Origin: Candidatus Eiseniibacteriota bacterium
GTDB lineage: Bacteria > Eisenbacteria > RBG-16-71-46 > CAZEPH01
Reading direction: 5' to 3'
NCBI GenBank assembly: GCA_044229145.1
Contig: JBGATO010000003.1
Location: forward strand, 34,358-98,357
DNA length: 64,000 nucleotides
The notes under the pieces are model-generated. The model was not told the origin of the DNA. It saw nothing but the letters and a program-made list of their open reading frames with translations, and ran no database searches. How positions within the stretch are numbered: the stretch's first letter is position 1; each line of letters begins with the position of its first letter. Position numbers and translations under genes: made by a program. Shown piece after piece: positions 9,101 to 17,267 of this stretch.

Positions 9101-10672
9101 GTGCCTCCGCCGCCCGGCGTGCCCGCGGCATTCCTGACGCGCGAGGCGACGCCCCCGCTGCGCGATCTGGTCGCCCGCTTCGCCCGCACGCACGCGCCGT
9201 TCACGGCAGCGGACATTGCCACGCGCTGGGGCATCGGCGAAGGCGCGGTGACGTGCGAACTCGAAGCACTCGAGTCGATGAATCGCCTCGTGCACGGCGC
9301 CTTTCGGCCTGGCGGCAGCGGCCGCGAGTGGTGCGACGTGCAGGTCCTGGCCACCCTGCGCCAGCGGTCGCTCGCGCGCTTGCGGCACGCGGTCGAACCG
9401 GTGGACGGCGAGGCGTTCGCGCGCTTCGCGCTGGCGTGGCATGGTGTCGACGAGCCGCGAGCCGGCGATGCCGCGCTTGCCGATGCGCTCGAGCAACTCG
9501 AAGGCATGCCGCTGGCCGCCTCGGAGTGCGAGAGCGCGGTGCTGCGTGCGCGCGTCGCCGACTACCGGCCCGAGTGGCTCGATGCGGCGCTGCTCTCGGG
9601 CGCGTGGGTGTGGCGCGGTGCCGGTGCGCTCGGTTCGCGCGATGGCTGGATTGCTTTCCATCGCGCCGATGCGGTGCCGCCGCCCGGCGGCACGGTGCCC
9701 GACGGCGCGCTGCACGCGGCGATTCGCGCGGCGCTGGACGCGCGCGGTGCCGTCTTCTTCCCCGTGCTCCAAGCCGCCACGGGGCGGAGTGCGCTCGAGA
9801 CGCTCGACGCGTTGTGGGATCTCGTCTGGGCGGGCGAGGTCACCAACGACAGCTTGCAGCCGCTGCGTGCGTTGATGGCGGCGCGGCGCGCCACCGCCGC
9901 GTCCGCCACCGCACGCTGGCGCGCGCCGATCCGCCGCCGAGTCTGGCGACGCGCCGTGGGGCGCTCACTGGCGACCGGCGTCGCGCCGGCCGCCGCGGGC
10001 CGCTGGTCGCTGCTGCGCCATCTCAGCGCGCCGGCCACCGCGACGCAACTGGCGCACCGTCGCGCGCTGCAGCTGTTGGCGCGCGCCGGCGTGGTCACCC
10101 GTGACGTCGTCCGTGCCGAGGACGTGCCCGGCGGCTTCACAGCGCTCTATCCGGTGTTCCGCGCGCTGGAAGAGGCGGGAACCATCCGCCGTGGATACTT
10201 CGTGGCGAGCCTGGGTGCGAGTCAATTCGCCTGGCCGCGCGCCGTCGATCAACTCCGTGCGCACCGGGACGCGCCGGAGGCCAGCCGCGCCGTGCTGCTC
10301 GCCGCGTGCGATCCGGCGAACCCGTACGGCACGACACTGCGCTGGCCCGAGCATCCGCGTGGCGTGCGTCCCCCGCGCGCGGTAGGGGCGCACGTGGTGC
10401 TCGTCGATGGGGCCTGCGCCGCCTACCTCGCCCGCGGCGAACGCGCGCTCTGGCTCTACGAGGATGCTGGCGACGAGCGGGGGTCGGTCCAGCGCGTGCG
10501 CGCCATTGCGGAGGTCTTGGCGACGCACTTGGCGCCGCGCCGCCGGCGCGGCGTCGTGCTCGACGAGATCGACGGCGCGCCGGCCGAGGAAACTCGGTAC
10601 CTCGAGCAGTTCCGCGCCGCCGGATTCGCACGCGTCATGAGAGGCCTCCGCGTGACCCCGCGCCATGCCTGA
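6104..10672 (+). CDS. lhr: Lhr-family ATP-dependent DEAH helicase, long form with C-terminal winged-helix/glycosylase-like region
   Basis: APTGSGKT, YVSPLKALAVDIERNL, TTPESL, DEIH, GLSAT, HHGS, ATSSLELGIDMG, QRIGRAGH, GGTIPDRG, GELDEEMVFESR, RRGYFV..LGASQFA, DPANPYG. The true start may be the GTG at 6152. Confidence 0.95.
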   Translation: MPLPARAGVPTPRDTSVTSSTPDISPLAAFRPPTRAWFDASFAAPTAAQALAWPAVARGESALLLAPTGSGKTLAAFLAALDRVMFDPVPPPRQRCRVVYVSPLKALAVDIERNLRAPLIGLARQAERLGVPFHTPEIAVRTGDTPPRERQRFARQPSDILITTPESLYLILTSQAREAVAHAEWLILDEIHALAGTKRGAHLAVSVERLAELCGRPLQRIGLSATARPPEEIARFLGGHGDDAAPRAVSVLDAGARRRLDLHVMVPVEDMAKLGDTLDDAPRNAAGAAPRRSIWPAVHPRLLEMIRAHRSTLLFVNSRRLAERLAAALNELAGEEIVFAHHGSVSREQRAVLEERLKAGTLPALVATSSLELGIDMGAIDLVIQVEAPPGVASALQRIGRAGHQVGAASSGVLVPKFRGDLLACAALTERMLDGAVEHTRVLRTPLDVLAQQIVAMVAVEPWHVDAAFAVLRRAAPFATLTRGVFEQVLDMLAGRYPSSDFAELRPRITWDRATGQLTARDGARHVAVTSGGTIPDRGLYGVYLVGAAAGQGRVGELDEEMVFESREGETFTLGASTWRIEEITPDRVLVTPAPGEPGKMPFWIGDTVGRPLDFGRAIGALTRAVRGAAPADAERTLRERHFLDAFAARNVVQYLADQAAVTGAVPDDRTLVVERSVDDLGDWRVVILSPFGGRVHAPWGLAIAETLRRCSQAAVEVLWTDDGIVVRFPESDEPPDVTPLFPTPEEAEQLVVAQLGATTPYAKASGDRGALFAARFRENAARALLLPRRGPGKRNALWRQRRRAADLLQAISGHGDFPIVLETYRECLQDVFDMPGLHEILGAVARREIRVVTVDTASPSPFAASVLYSYVVNFMYEGDAPVAERRAQALTVDPAQLRELLGEAELRELLDPAVVETCELALQHLTPERAARHVDHLHDLLLHLGDLTHGELAARCAEAAAPWLDALRAAGRVVEIALGGESRCIAVEDVARYRDALGVPPPPGVPAAFLTREATPPLRDLVARFARTHAPFTAADIATRWGIGEGAVTCELEALESMNRLVHGAFRPGGSGREWCDVQVLATLRQRSLARLRHAVEPVDGEAFARFALAWHGVDEPRAGDAALADALEQLEGMPLAASECESAVLRARVADYRPEWLDAALLSGAWVWRGAGALGSRDGWIAFHRADAVPPPGGTVPDGALHAAIRAALDARGAVFFPVLQAATGRSALETLDALWDLVWAGEVTNDSLQPLRALMAARRATAASATARWRAPIRRRVWRRAVGRSLATGVAPAAAGRWSLLRHLSAPATATQLAHRRALQLLARAGVVTRDVVRAEDVPGGFTALYPVFRALEEAGTIRRGYFVASLGASQFAWPRAVDQLRAHRDAPEASRAVLLAACDPANPYGTTLRWPEHPRGVRPPRAVGAHVVLVDGACAAYLARGERALWLYEDAGDERGSVQRVRAIAEVLATHLAPRRRRGVVLDEIDGAPAEETRYLEQFRAAGFARVMRGLRVTPRHA

Positions 10673-11567
10673 GGGCGATACCCTCTATCGGATTGCCGCC
10701 GCGCTCCGCGAGGCTTTCGGCGACGCGTGCATCACCTCGGTGCGGACGCGCGACCCGGCGTGGCAGGCGATGGACACGGCGCGCCCGGTGAGCGGACGGC
10801 GTCTCGCCGCCATCGAAGCGCGCGGGAAGCACCTGCTGCTCGTCTGCCGCGCCGAGGATGCAGGTCCGCTGCTGCCCGCCGCACAGGCGCGGCTCGACCT
10901 CGCGCTCCACGCGCACGACTGGATCGTGCACTCCCATCTCGGGATGCGCGGCGCGTGGTGGATCGACCCGCCGCAGACGCCGCCGCGGGCACTCGCACCG
11001 CGGACGTGGGCGCTCGACACGCCACGCGGCTCCGCGCGGTGCGTGGCCCCGCAGACGCTGCGCGTGCTGTCGCCGCGCGAACTCCTCGCCGGCCCGGTCG
11101 CCGCGCTCGGTCCCGATCTCACGCGCGACGGTGTCGATCTGGAGGCCGCGGCGCGTGCGTTGGCGGCGTGCGGTGACGACGAGATCGCCGTCGCGTTGTT
11201 GCGGCAACGCGCATTGGCCGGGATCGGCAACGTCGTGAAGTCGGAGGCGTTGTTCGCGGCCGGCGTGTCGCCGTTTGCGCGGGTGTCGGATCTCGGGGCC
11301 GCGGACCTGCGCCGCGTGCTCGGGGAGGCAGTGCGGATTCTCCACGCCAACCGCGGACGTCCCGGCCGCCGCCGCACCGTGCCCGGCGGCGCGGCCGCGC
11401 CATCGCACGGCGTGTATCGCCGCGCCGGCGAGGCGTGTCTGCGATGCGCCACGCCGATCGCCGCCGTTTCGCAAGGCGCCGAGGCGCGCCGCACCTACTT
11501 CTGTCCGGCCTGTCAACGGGCCGGCGGCGCCTCGTCTGGATGCGGTCGTGCCGGAGAGGGCAAGTAG
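10665..11567 (+). CDS. nei: Fpg/Nei family DNA glycosylase/AP lyase (Nei-like)
   Basis: N-terminal MPEGD, RGKHLL, HLGMRG.W, LGPD, H2TH motif AGIGNVVKSE, zinc finger C-x2-C...YFCPACQ; overlaps the lhr stop. Confidence 0.92.
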   Translation: MPEGDTLYRIAAALREAFGDACITSVRTRDPAWQAMDTARPVSGRRLAAIEARGKHLLLVCRAEDAGPLLPAAQARLDLALHAHDWIVHSHLGMRGAWWIDPPQTPPRALAPRTWALDTPRGSARCVAPQTLRVLSPRELLAGPVAALGPDLTRDGVDLEAAARALAACGDDEIAVALLRQRALAGIGNVVKSEALFAAGVSPFARVSDLGAADLRRVLGEAVRILHANRGRPGRRRTVPGGAAAPSHGVYRRAGEACLRCATPIAAVSQGAEARRTYFCPACQRAGGASSGCGRAGEGK

Positions 11568-12592
11568 GTTTCACGCGCATCCAGCATCGCCCGGCGCATG
11601 GTGCGCGGCGTGGTCTCGGTCACCCGCTTGAACGCGTGATCGAACGCTGCCTGACTCGTATAGCCAACCAGCGCGGCGATCGACGACAGCGGAAGCTCGC
11701 GCACCGTGAAGTACTGGCAGGCGAGGCGAATGCGCGTTTCCTCCAACAGGCGCGTGTAGGAGGTCTTCTCGGCGCGCAGATGGCGCTCGAAGGTGCGCAG
11801 ACTCAGGCCGGCCTCGCGCGCGAGGTCGGCGGCACCGAGCCGTGGGCGTTCCTCGCCGAGCCGCTGGATGATGGCCCGTCGCGTCTGCTCCGCGAGTCCG
11901 TGCTGCCGCCCGAGGGAGGCCAGCATGTCGCGGCTGAGATCGCGCATGGCCTGATCGAGCGGCGCGTACCGCGTCGCGGTCGGACGATCGAGCAGCGCAC
12001 GGTCGAATTCCAGCGCCAAGTGGGGAGCGCCTGCGCGCACCGGACAGCCGAAGAACTCGACGCACTTGTCCGCTGGCGCCGCTGGGTCGAGCATGCTGAA
12101 CACGGCGCGCGGGCGCCATGCGTCGTCCACTGCGATGCGTCCGAAATTCACCCAGATCGACAATCGGCTGTCGAGGAAGTGCCGGAAGCCGAGTGCCGGA
12201 CGACCACGTGGCGGCACCGCCACGATGCGCGCGAGGTTGCCGTCTTCTTCGAGGCGAATGTTGGAGCGATCCCAGTGGAAGCGCGAGAGCAGGCACATGC
12301 GTTCGTAGACCGCGCGCAGCGTCGGACCGTTGAGCACCAGCAATGTGGTGAGATGCAGGTTGGGCCGCACGTACGTGCCCGCCTGCAAGCCGAAGTCGGT
12401 CACGCCCGTCCGCCGCGCGGCGAGGTCGAACAGCGCGAGGTACTGCTGGAACGGGACGCGTCCCTCCGGATCCTGCAACTGCTCCCGGGCGAAGGAGACC
12501 TCATCGAGCAGCGCGGGCGTCGGCACCCCATGCGCCTCGGCGGCGCGCGCGACCATCCATACCCAACTGACCGTCACCGTGCCGCCGCGCAT
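11513..12592 (-). CDS. AraC family transcriptional regulator with N-terminal ligand-binding domain
   Basis: C-terminal double HTH 'LAREAGLSLRTFERHL...SIAALVGYTSQAAFDHAFKRVTETTP'; N-terminal 'FFGCPVR' typical of OruR/VqsM-like proteins; start inferred. Confidence 0.88.
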   Translation of the reverse strand: MRGGTVTVSWVWMVARAAEAHGVPTPALLDEVSFAREQLQDPEGRVPFQQYLALFDLAARRTGVTDFGLQAGTYVRPNLHLTTLLVLNGPTLRAVYERMCLLSRFHWDRSNIRLEEDGNLARIVAVPPRGRPALGFRHFLDSRLSIWVNFGRIAVDDAWRPRAVFSMLDPAAPADKCVEFFGCPVRAGAPHLALEFDRALLDRPTATRYAPLDQAMRDLSRDMLASLGRQHGLAEQTRRAIIQRLGEERPRLGAADLAREAGLSLRTFERHLRAEKTSYTRLLEETRIRLACQYFTVRELPLSSIAALVGYTSQAAFDHAFKRVTETTPRTMRRAMLDARETYLPSPARPHPDEAPPAR

Positions 12593-12759
12593 GGGACTCC
12601 AACGAGAGAGAAGTGGGCGTCCGGCTGATGCGCCAGACCGCATACGGTATGAACCTGAAGCCCTGCAGTATAAAAGTTCGCCAGGGATCTGGCTAGCCAC
12701 GTGCCGGGTGGCGGGTCACGTGCGTCACGGGCAGCGGACGAAAAGTGGGGGCGTGGAAT

Positions 12760-12788
12760 TTGACGCGCGCCCGAGCCGCCGATACGCT
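12760..12788 (+). promoter_or_regulatory. sigma70-type promoter for ispG, probably giving a leaderless transcript
   Basis: TTGACG-N17-TACGCT, then 7 nt to ATG at 12796; no Shine-Dalgarno. Confidence 0.6.
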
Positions 12789-12795
12789 CCGCGTC

Positions 12796-14052
12796 ATGGA
12801 TGCTCGCTCCGTGGTTGCCGGGCGCTTCGCCGCCCGCCGCTCCAGTGTGACGTGCGTGGTCGGTGGCGTGCCGGTCGGCGGCGGCCACCCCATCGTCGTG
12901 CAGTCGATGACCAACACCGACACTGGCGATGCCGTCGCCACCGCGGCGCAGATCGCCGCCCTCGCCGCCGCCGGGTCGGAGATGGTGCGCGTCACCGTCA
13001 ACACTCCGGCGGCCGCCCACGCCGTGCCCGAGATCAAGCAGCGCATGCGCGACCTCGGCGCCGACATCCCGCTCATCGGCGACTTCCACTACAACGGCCA
13101 CGTGCTGCTGCGCGATGTGCCGGCGTGCGCCGCGGCGCTCGACAAGTACCGCATCAATCCCGGAAACGTCGGCACCCAGGCGTCGCACGACGACAACTTC
13201 CGCGCCTTGATCGCCATCGCGCTGACGCACGGCAAGCCGGTACGCATCGGCGTCAATTGGGGCTCGCTCGACAAGACGCTGCTCACCGCGTTGATGGACG
13301 CCAACGCGGGCCGCCCGCAGCCGCTCGAGGATCGCGAAGTCGTGCTCGAGGCGATGCGCGAGAGCGCGGTGCGCAGCGCCGCGCTCGCCGAGGACGCCGG
13401 GTTGCCGCACGACCGCATCATCCTCTCGGCAAAGGTGAGCAGCGTGCGCGATCTCGTCACGGTGTACCGCGCGCTGGCCGCCACCTGCGACTATCCGTTG
13501 CACCTCGGGCTCACCGAAGCAGGGCTCGGCGCGACCGGCGTGGTGTCGACCACCGCCGCGCTCGGCATCCTGCTCGCCGACGGCATCGGCGATACCATTC
13601 GCGCCAGCCTCACGCCGACGCCCGGGGGCGATCGCGCCGAGGAAGTCCGGCTGTGCCAGCAGGTGTTGCAAGCTCTCGGGCTCCGCCACTTCGCTCCGCA
13701 GGTGACCTCCTGCCCGGGCTGCGGCCGGACCACGAGCACGTTCTTCCAATCGCTTGCCGCCGACGTCACCTCGCATATCCAGCAACGCATTGCCGCGTGG
13801 CGGGTGCAGTACCCCGGCGTCGAAGAGTTGCGCGTGGCCGTGATGGGCTGCGTGGTCAACGGCCCTGGCGAGAGCAAGCACGCCGACATCGGCATCTCGT
13901 TGCCCGGCACGGGCGAGAACCCGCGCGCTCCGGTCTACATCGACGGCACGTTGCACACCACATTGCAGGGCGACGCCATCGCGCGCGAATTCGCCGCGCT
14001 CCTCGATGCCTACATCGCGCGGCGGTACGGCGGGGCGCTGGTAGCGGACTAG
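12796..14052 (+). CDS. ispG: (E)-4-hydroxy-3-methylbut-2-enyl-diphosphate synthase (MEP pathway)
   Basis: [48 protein letters not shown], 4Fe-4S ligands CPGCGRT and [10 protein letters not shown]. Confidence 0.97.
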   Translation: MDARSVVAGRFAARRSSVTCVVGGVPVGGGHPIVVQSMTNTDTGDAVATAAQIAALAAAGSEMVRVTVNTPAAAHAVPEIKQRMRDLGADIPLIGDFHYNGHVLLRDVPACAAALDKYRINPGNVGTQASHDDNFRALIAIALTHGKPVRIGVNWGSLDKTLLTALMDANAGRPQPLEDREVVLEAMRESAVRSAALAEDAGLPHDRIILSAKVSSVRDLVTVYRALAATCDYPLHLGLTEAGLGATGVVSTTAALGILLADGIGDTIRASLTPTPGGDRAEEVRLCQQVLQALGLRHFAPQVTSCPGCGRTTSTFFQSLAADVTSHIQQRIAAWRVQYPGVEELRVAVMGCVVNGPGESKHADIGISLPGTGENPRAPVYIDGTLHTTLQGDAIAREFAALLDAYIARRYGGALVAD

Positions 14053-14302
14053 CGCCCTTACTCCCTCAGTCGTATCCCCGCGTAAATCTGCGGGATCGTA
14101 CGAATGGGCGTGCACATTCCCCGCGGGTTTTCCGGCGGGAGCCCGATATATCACCCAGCGCCAGTGATGGCGCTCGTCCATCTCCCAGAATCCGCGGCCG
14201 CTCGCGTCTCGCCCCATCGAGCCACCACAGCTCCGCTGAGACGACGCGTCATTGTGATACTGCGCACATCCGCCGTGAACATGGAAGTAGGAGACAACCG
14301 CT

Positions 14303-17209
14303 GTGCCACGTCACACGTGCCGGGTGACAGGGTCCAGATGGGTTAGCGCATGCGCGCTGGCCATCAGCTATGCCTTGATTGGGCGGGCGAGCCTGCTGTT
14401 TGCCGTGCCGCCGAGTACGACCTCGCTGGCATGGCCCGCCGCCGGGCTTGCCGTCGTGTGCGTCTGCTTCGGCGGATGGGCCACCGTGATTCCGGTGGCG
14501 ATGGGCGCGTTGGCCCTCCAGTTGTGGATTCATGGGATCGCCGCAGGTGTGCGCGATCCTGGCGTGTGGGGCGTCGCGGCGAGCGCCGTGTTGCATGCCG
14601 CCGCCGCGCGGTTCTTGATTCGCCGGGCGCTTGGCCAGCGGGAAGTCCTCGCGCAGCCGGGCGCGGTCGTTGGCTTTCTGTCGCTCGGTGGGCCGGTGGC
14701 GGCGTTGGTCAGCGCCACCTGCGGTGTCGCCTCGCTGCGAATCGCCGGCGTGCTGCCCGACGACGCAGTCGCGGCGAATTGGTTCGCGTGGTGGGTGGGC
14801 GACACCCTCGGCGTCGTGGCCTTTGCGCCGCTCTTCCTCGTCCTCTTGGTGCCGCGCGCGGAACAACTCGGCCGCAAGGGCCCCCTCATCATCGTGCCGC
14901 TCGGCGCGGCCTACGTCACGATCTTCGCGTGCTTTATCTTCGCGTGCTTCTACTTCGCGGTGCGGTTGGATGCGAGCCATCTCCGCGACGAGATCGCACG
15001 GCGCGCGGTGTCGCACGAGAACATCGTGCGCGAGTCGTTTGACGCCGCGCTCGAGGCGCCGCTCGCGATGCGCGACATGGTGGAGCAGCGCGACGCCACG
15101 CCGCTCGATGCGGTGCACGTCATCGGCACGGGGTTCGCCGCGCGGCATCCGGAAGTTCGCGCCGTCGAGTGGGTCGATCTGGTGCCGGCCGCGCAGCGGC
15201 CCCGTTACGAACGCGCACCGCACGACTACCCCTTCCCATGGATCACCGAGCGTGACGCCGCAGGGCGCCTCGTTCGTGCCGGAGCGCGCGCGGTCTACTA
15301 CCCAGTGAGCGCGGCCGAGCCGCTCGCCGGAAATCGCCTCGCCCTTGGCTACGATCTCGGGTCGAACGCGATCCGCCGCGCGGCTCTCGAGCATGCCGAA
15401 GCGACGGGCGAGCCCGCGATCACCGAACGCATCGATCTCGTGCAAGGTCGCGGCAAGACGCCGGGGATCCTGGTCGTGGTACCAGTGTACGGAGCCGCCG
15501 ATGGTGCGCGCCCCGGGGCTGCGAGCCGGCGCGGCAAGGCGATCGGATTCACCGTCTCGGTGGTCGATCTGACCACGCTTTTCGACAGCCACTTGCACGC
15601 CGAGCACGAAGAAGGCTTGGGCGCGCAGTTGGTCGACATCGATGCCCCGCCCTCACGGCGCGAACTGTACGCGTCGCGCGACGGTGCCGCCTCTCCGTCC
15701 GACGCCGTGGCCCACGGCACGCTGATCTGGAATGAGCCGATTGCCTTCGCGGGGCGGCACTACGAACTGCGCCTGTTTGGGACGCCGGCATTCATCGCGG
15801 CACATCGCTCACTTTTGCCGTGGACGGTGCTGGTGCTCGGCTTGCTGTTCTGCTCGATGCTCGGGACGATCCTGCTGCTGCACGGAACCCGCGCGGCCAC
15901 CCTGGCGCGCGAAGTGCGCGCACGCACCGTGGGATTGCGTCGCGCGCTCAGGCGCGAAACACGTGCCCGTCGCGACCGCGAACGCATCCAGCACGCGCTC
16001 GAGCGTGAGCACGACGCAGCGGAGGCCGCACGCGCCGACGCCGAAGCGGCCAGCCGCGCAAAGAGCCGCTTCCTCGCCACGCTCTCGCACGAACTCCGGA
16101 CGCCGCTCAATGGCGTGTTGGGGATGAGCGAGCATCTGATGGAGTCGCCACTGCTGCCCGAGCAGCGCGAGTCGGTGCGGACGCTGGCGACCTCGGCGGA
16201 CGCCCTCTCGCGATTGTTGGGGGACATTCTCGACTTCGCGCGCATCGAAGCCGGCCGGCTCGATCTCGAAGCTACGCCTGTGTGGATTCACGAGGTCGTG
16301 CACGATGTCGTACGGCTGTGCGAACCGGCGGCGCACGATAAGTGCCTCGACCTCTCGTGGGAAATCCACGAGTCGGTCCCGCCGTGTGTGCTGGGCGATC
16401 GCACGCGCCTGCAGGCGATTCTGCTCAACGTCGTGGGGAACGCCGTGAAGTTCACGCCACGAGGTTGGGTGCGCATCCAGATCAGCGCCGACGCGCCCGA
16501 GGGCGATCAGGTGCGCCTGCACTTCCGCGTCGCGGACTCCGGCATCGGCATCGCGCCGTCCGCGCACGAGTCGATCTTCGAACCCTTCTCGCAGGTCGAG
16601 AGCTCGATGGCCCGTCGCTACGGCGGCGTCGGCATGGGCCTCAGCGTGGCGCGGCAGCTCGTGGAGGCGATGGGCGGTAGCATCGGAGTCGAGTCGGCGG
16701 TGGGGTGGGGCGCCACGTTCGCGTGGACGGTCAATGTGCAACCGGCCACCGACCGCGAGATGCAGTTCGCCACCTGTGGCTGGGAGCCGGCGGCGCGCCC
16801 GGCGGAGAGTCCCGCGCCACGCGGTCGCGGCCGCCTCTTGGTGGTCGATGACACGCCGCTCAACGTCCTGGTGGCGACGCGCATCCTCCAGCGGCTCGGC
16901 TATGAAACGCGCGAAGCGACTTCGGGTGCCGCCGCCCTCGAGATCCTCGCCGAGGACGACATCGACTTGGTCTTCATGGACTGTCAGATGCCGGAAATGG
17001 ACGGCTTCGAAACCACGCGGAGCATCCGCAATCCGACGTCCGGCGTGCGCAATCCCCAGGTGCCGGTCGTCGCGCTCACCGCCAATGCGCTCGTCGGCGA
17101 CCGCGAGCTGTGTCTGGCCGCCGGAATGAATGACTACCTGAGCAAGCCGGTCAAGACCGAGGGGATCGAAACCGTGCTGGCGAAGTGGACGGCAAGCGCC
17201 GCTGCGTGA
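14303..17209 (+). CDS. Hybrid sensor histidine kinase (MASE1 - CHASE - HisKA - HATPase - REC)
   Basis: AGGAG before GTG; multi-TM N-terminus with WWVGDTLGV; CHASE 'YYPV..AEPLAGN.LALGYDL'; FLATLSHELRTPLNG, NAVKFT, DSGIGI, GMGLS; receiver DLVFMDCQMPEMDG...LSKP. Confidence 0.93.
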   Translation: MPRHTCRVTGSRWVSACALAISYALIGRASLLFAVPPSTTSLAWPAAGLAVVCVCFGGWATVIPVAMGALALQLWIHGIAAGVRDPGVWGVAASAVLHAAAARFLIRRALGQREVLAQPGAVVGFLSLGGPVAALVSATCGVASLRIAGVLPDDAVAANWFAWWVGDTLGVVAFAPLFLVLLVPRAEQLGRKGPLIIVPLGAAYVTIFACFIFACFYFAVRLDASHLRDEIARRAVSHENIVRESFDAALEAPLAMRDMVEQRDATPLDAVHVIGTGFAARHPEVRAVEWVDLVPAAQRPRYERAPHDYPFPWITERDAAGRLVRAGARAVYYPVSAAEPLAGNRLALGYDLGSNAIRRAALEHAEATGEPAITERIDLVQGRGKTPGILVVVPVYGAADGARPGAASRRGKAIGFTVSVVDLTTLFDSHLHAEHEEGLGAQLVDIDAPPSRRELYASRDGAASPSDAVAHGTLIWNEPIAFAGRHYELRLFGTPAFIAAHRSLLPWTVLVLGLLFCSMLGTILLLHGTRAATLAREVRARTVGLRRALRRETRARRDRERIQHALEREHDAAEAARADAEAASRAKSRFLATLSHELRTPLNGVLGMSEHLMESPLLPEQRESVRTLATSADALSRLLGDILDFARIEAGRLDLEATPVWIHEVVHDVVRLCEPAAHDKCLDLSWEIHESVPPCVLGDRTRLQAILLNVVGNAVKFTPRGWVRIQISADAPEGDQVRLHFRVADSGIGIAPSAHESIFEPFSQVESSMARRYGGVGMGLSVARQLVEAMGGSIGVESAVGWGATFAWTVNVQPATDREMQFATCGWEPAARPAESPAPRGRGRLLVVDDTPLNVLVATRILQRLGYETREATSGAAALEILAEDDIDLVFMDCQMPEMDGFETTRSIRNPTSGVRNPQVPVVALTANALVGDRELCLAAGMNDYLSKPVKTEGIETVLAKWTASAAA

Positions 17210-17224
17210 CGACTGCAATCCCGG

Positions 17225-17253
17225 CGGCGGCGCGCGCCTGCAGCGCGCCGCCG
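17225..17253. terminator. GC-rich hairpin between convergent genes
   Basis: cggcggcgcgc-N7-gcgcgccgccg forms an 11-bp perfect stem; no U-tract. Confidence 0.4.
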
Positions 17254-17267
17254 TCCGGCATCCTCCG

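Noticed and set aside
1399..9772. Very long antisense or alternative-frame ORFs (e.g. 1399-5058+, 5071-8304+, 6158-9772-; likewise 22457-26005+, 33057-35810+, 46784-49594-)
   Set aside because: Arg/Ala/Gly-rich shadow frames expected from high-GC codon bias opposite or within clear genes.
12615..12690. TPP riboswitch-like words (ggctga...gaacctga...aggga) upstream of ispG
   Set aside because: Lacks the CUGAGA core and the P4/P5 pairing; a separate leaderless promoter lies downstream.
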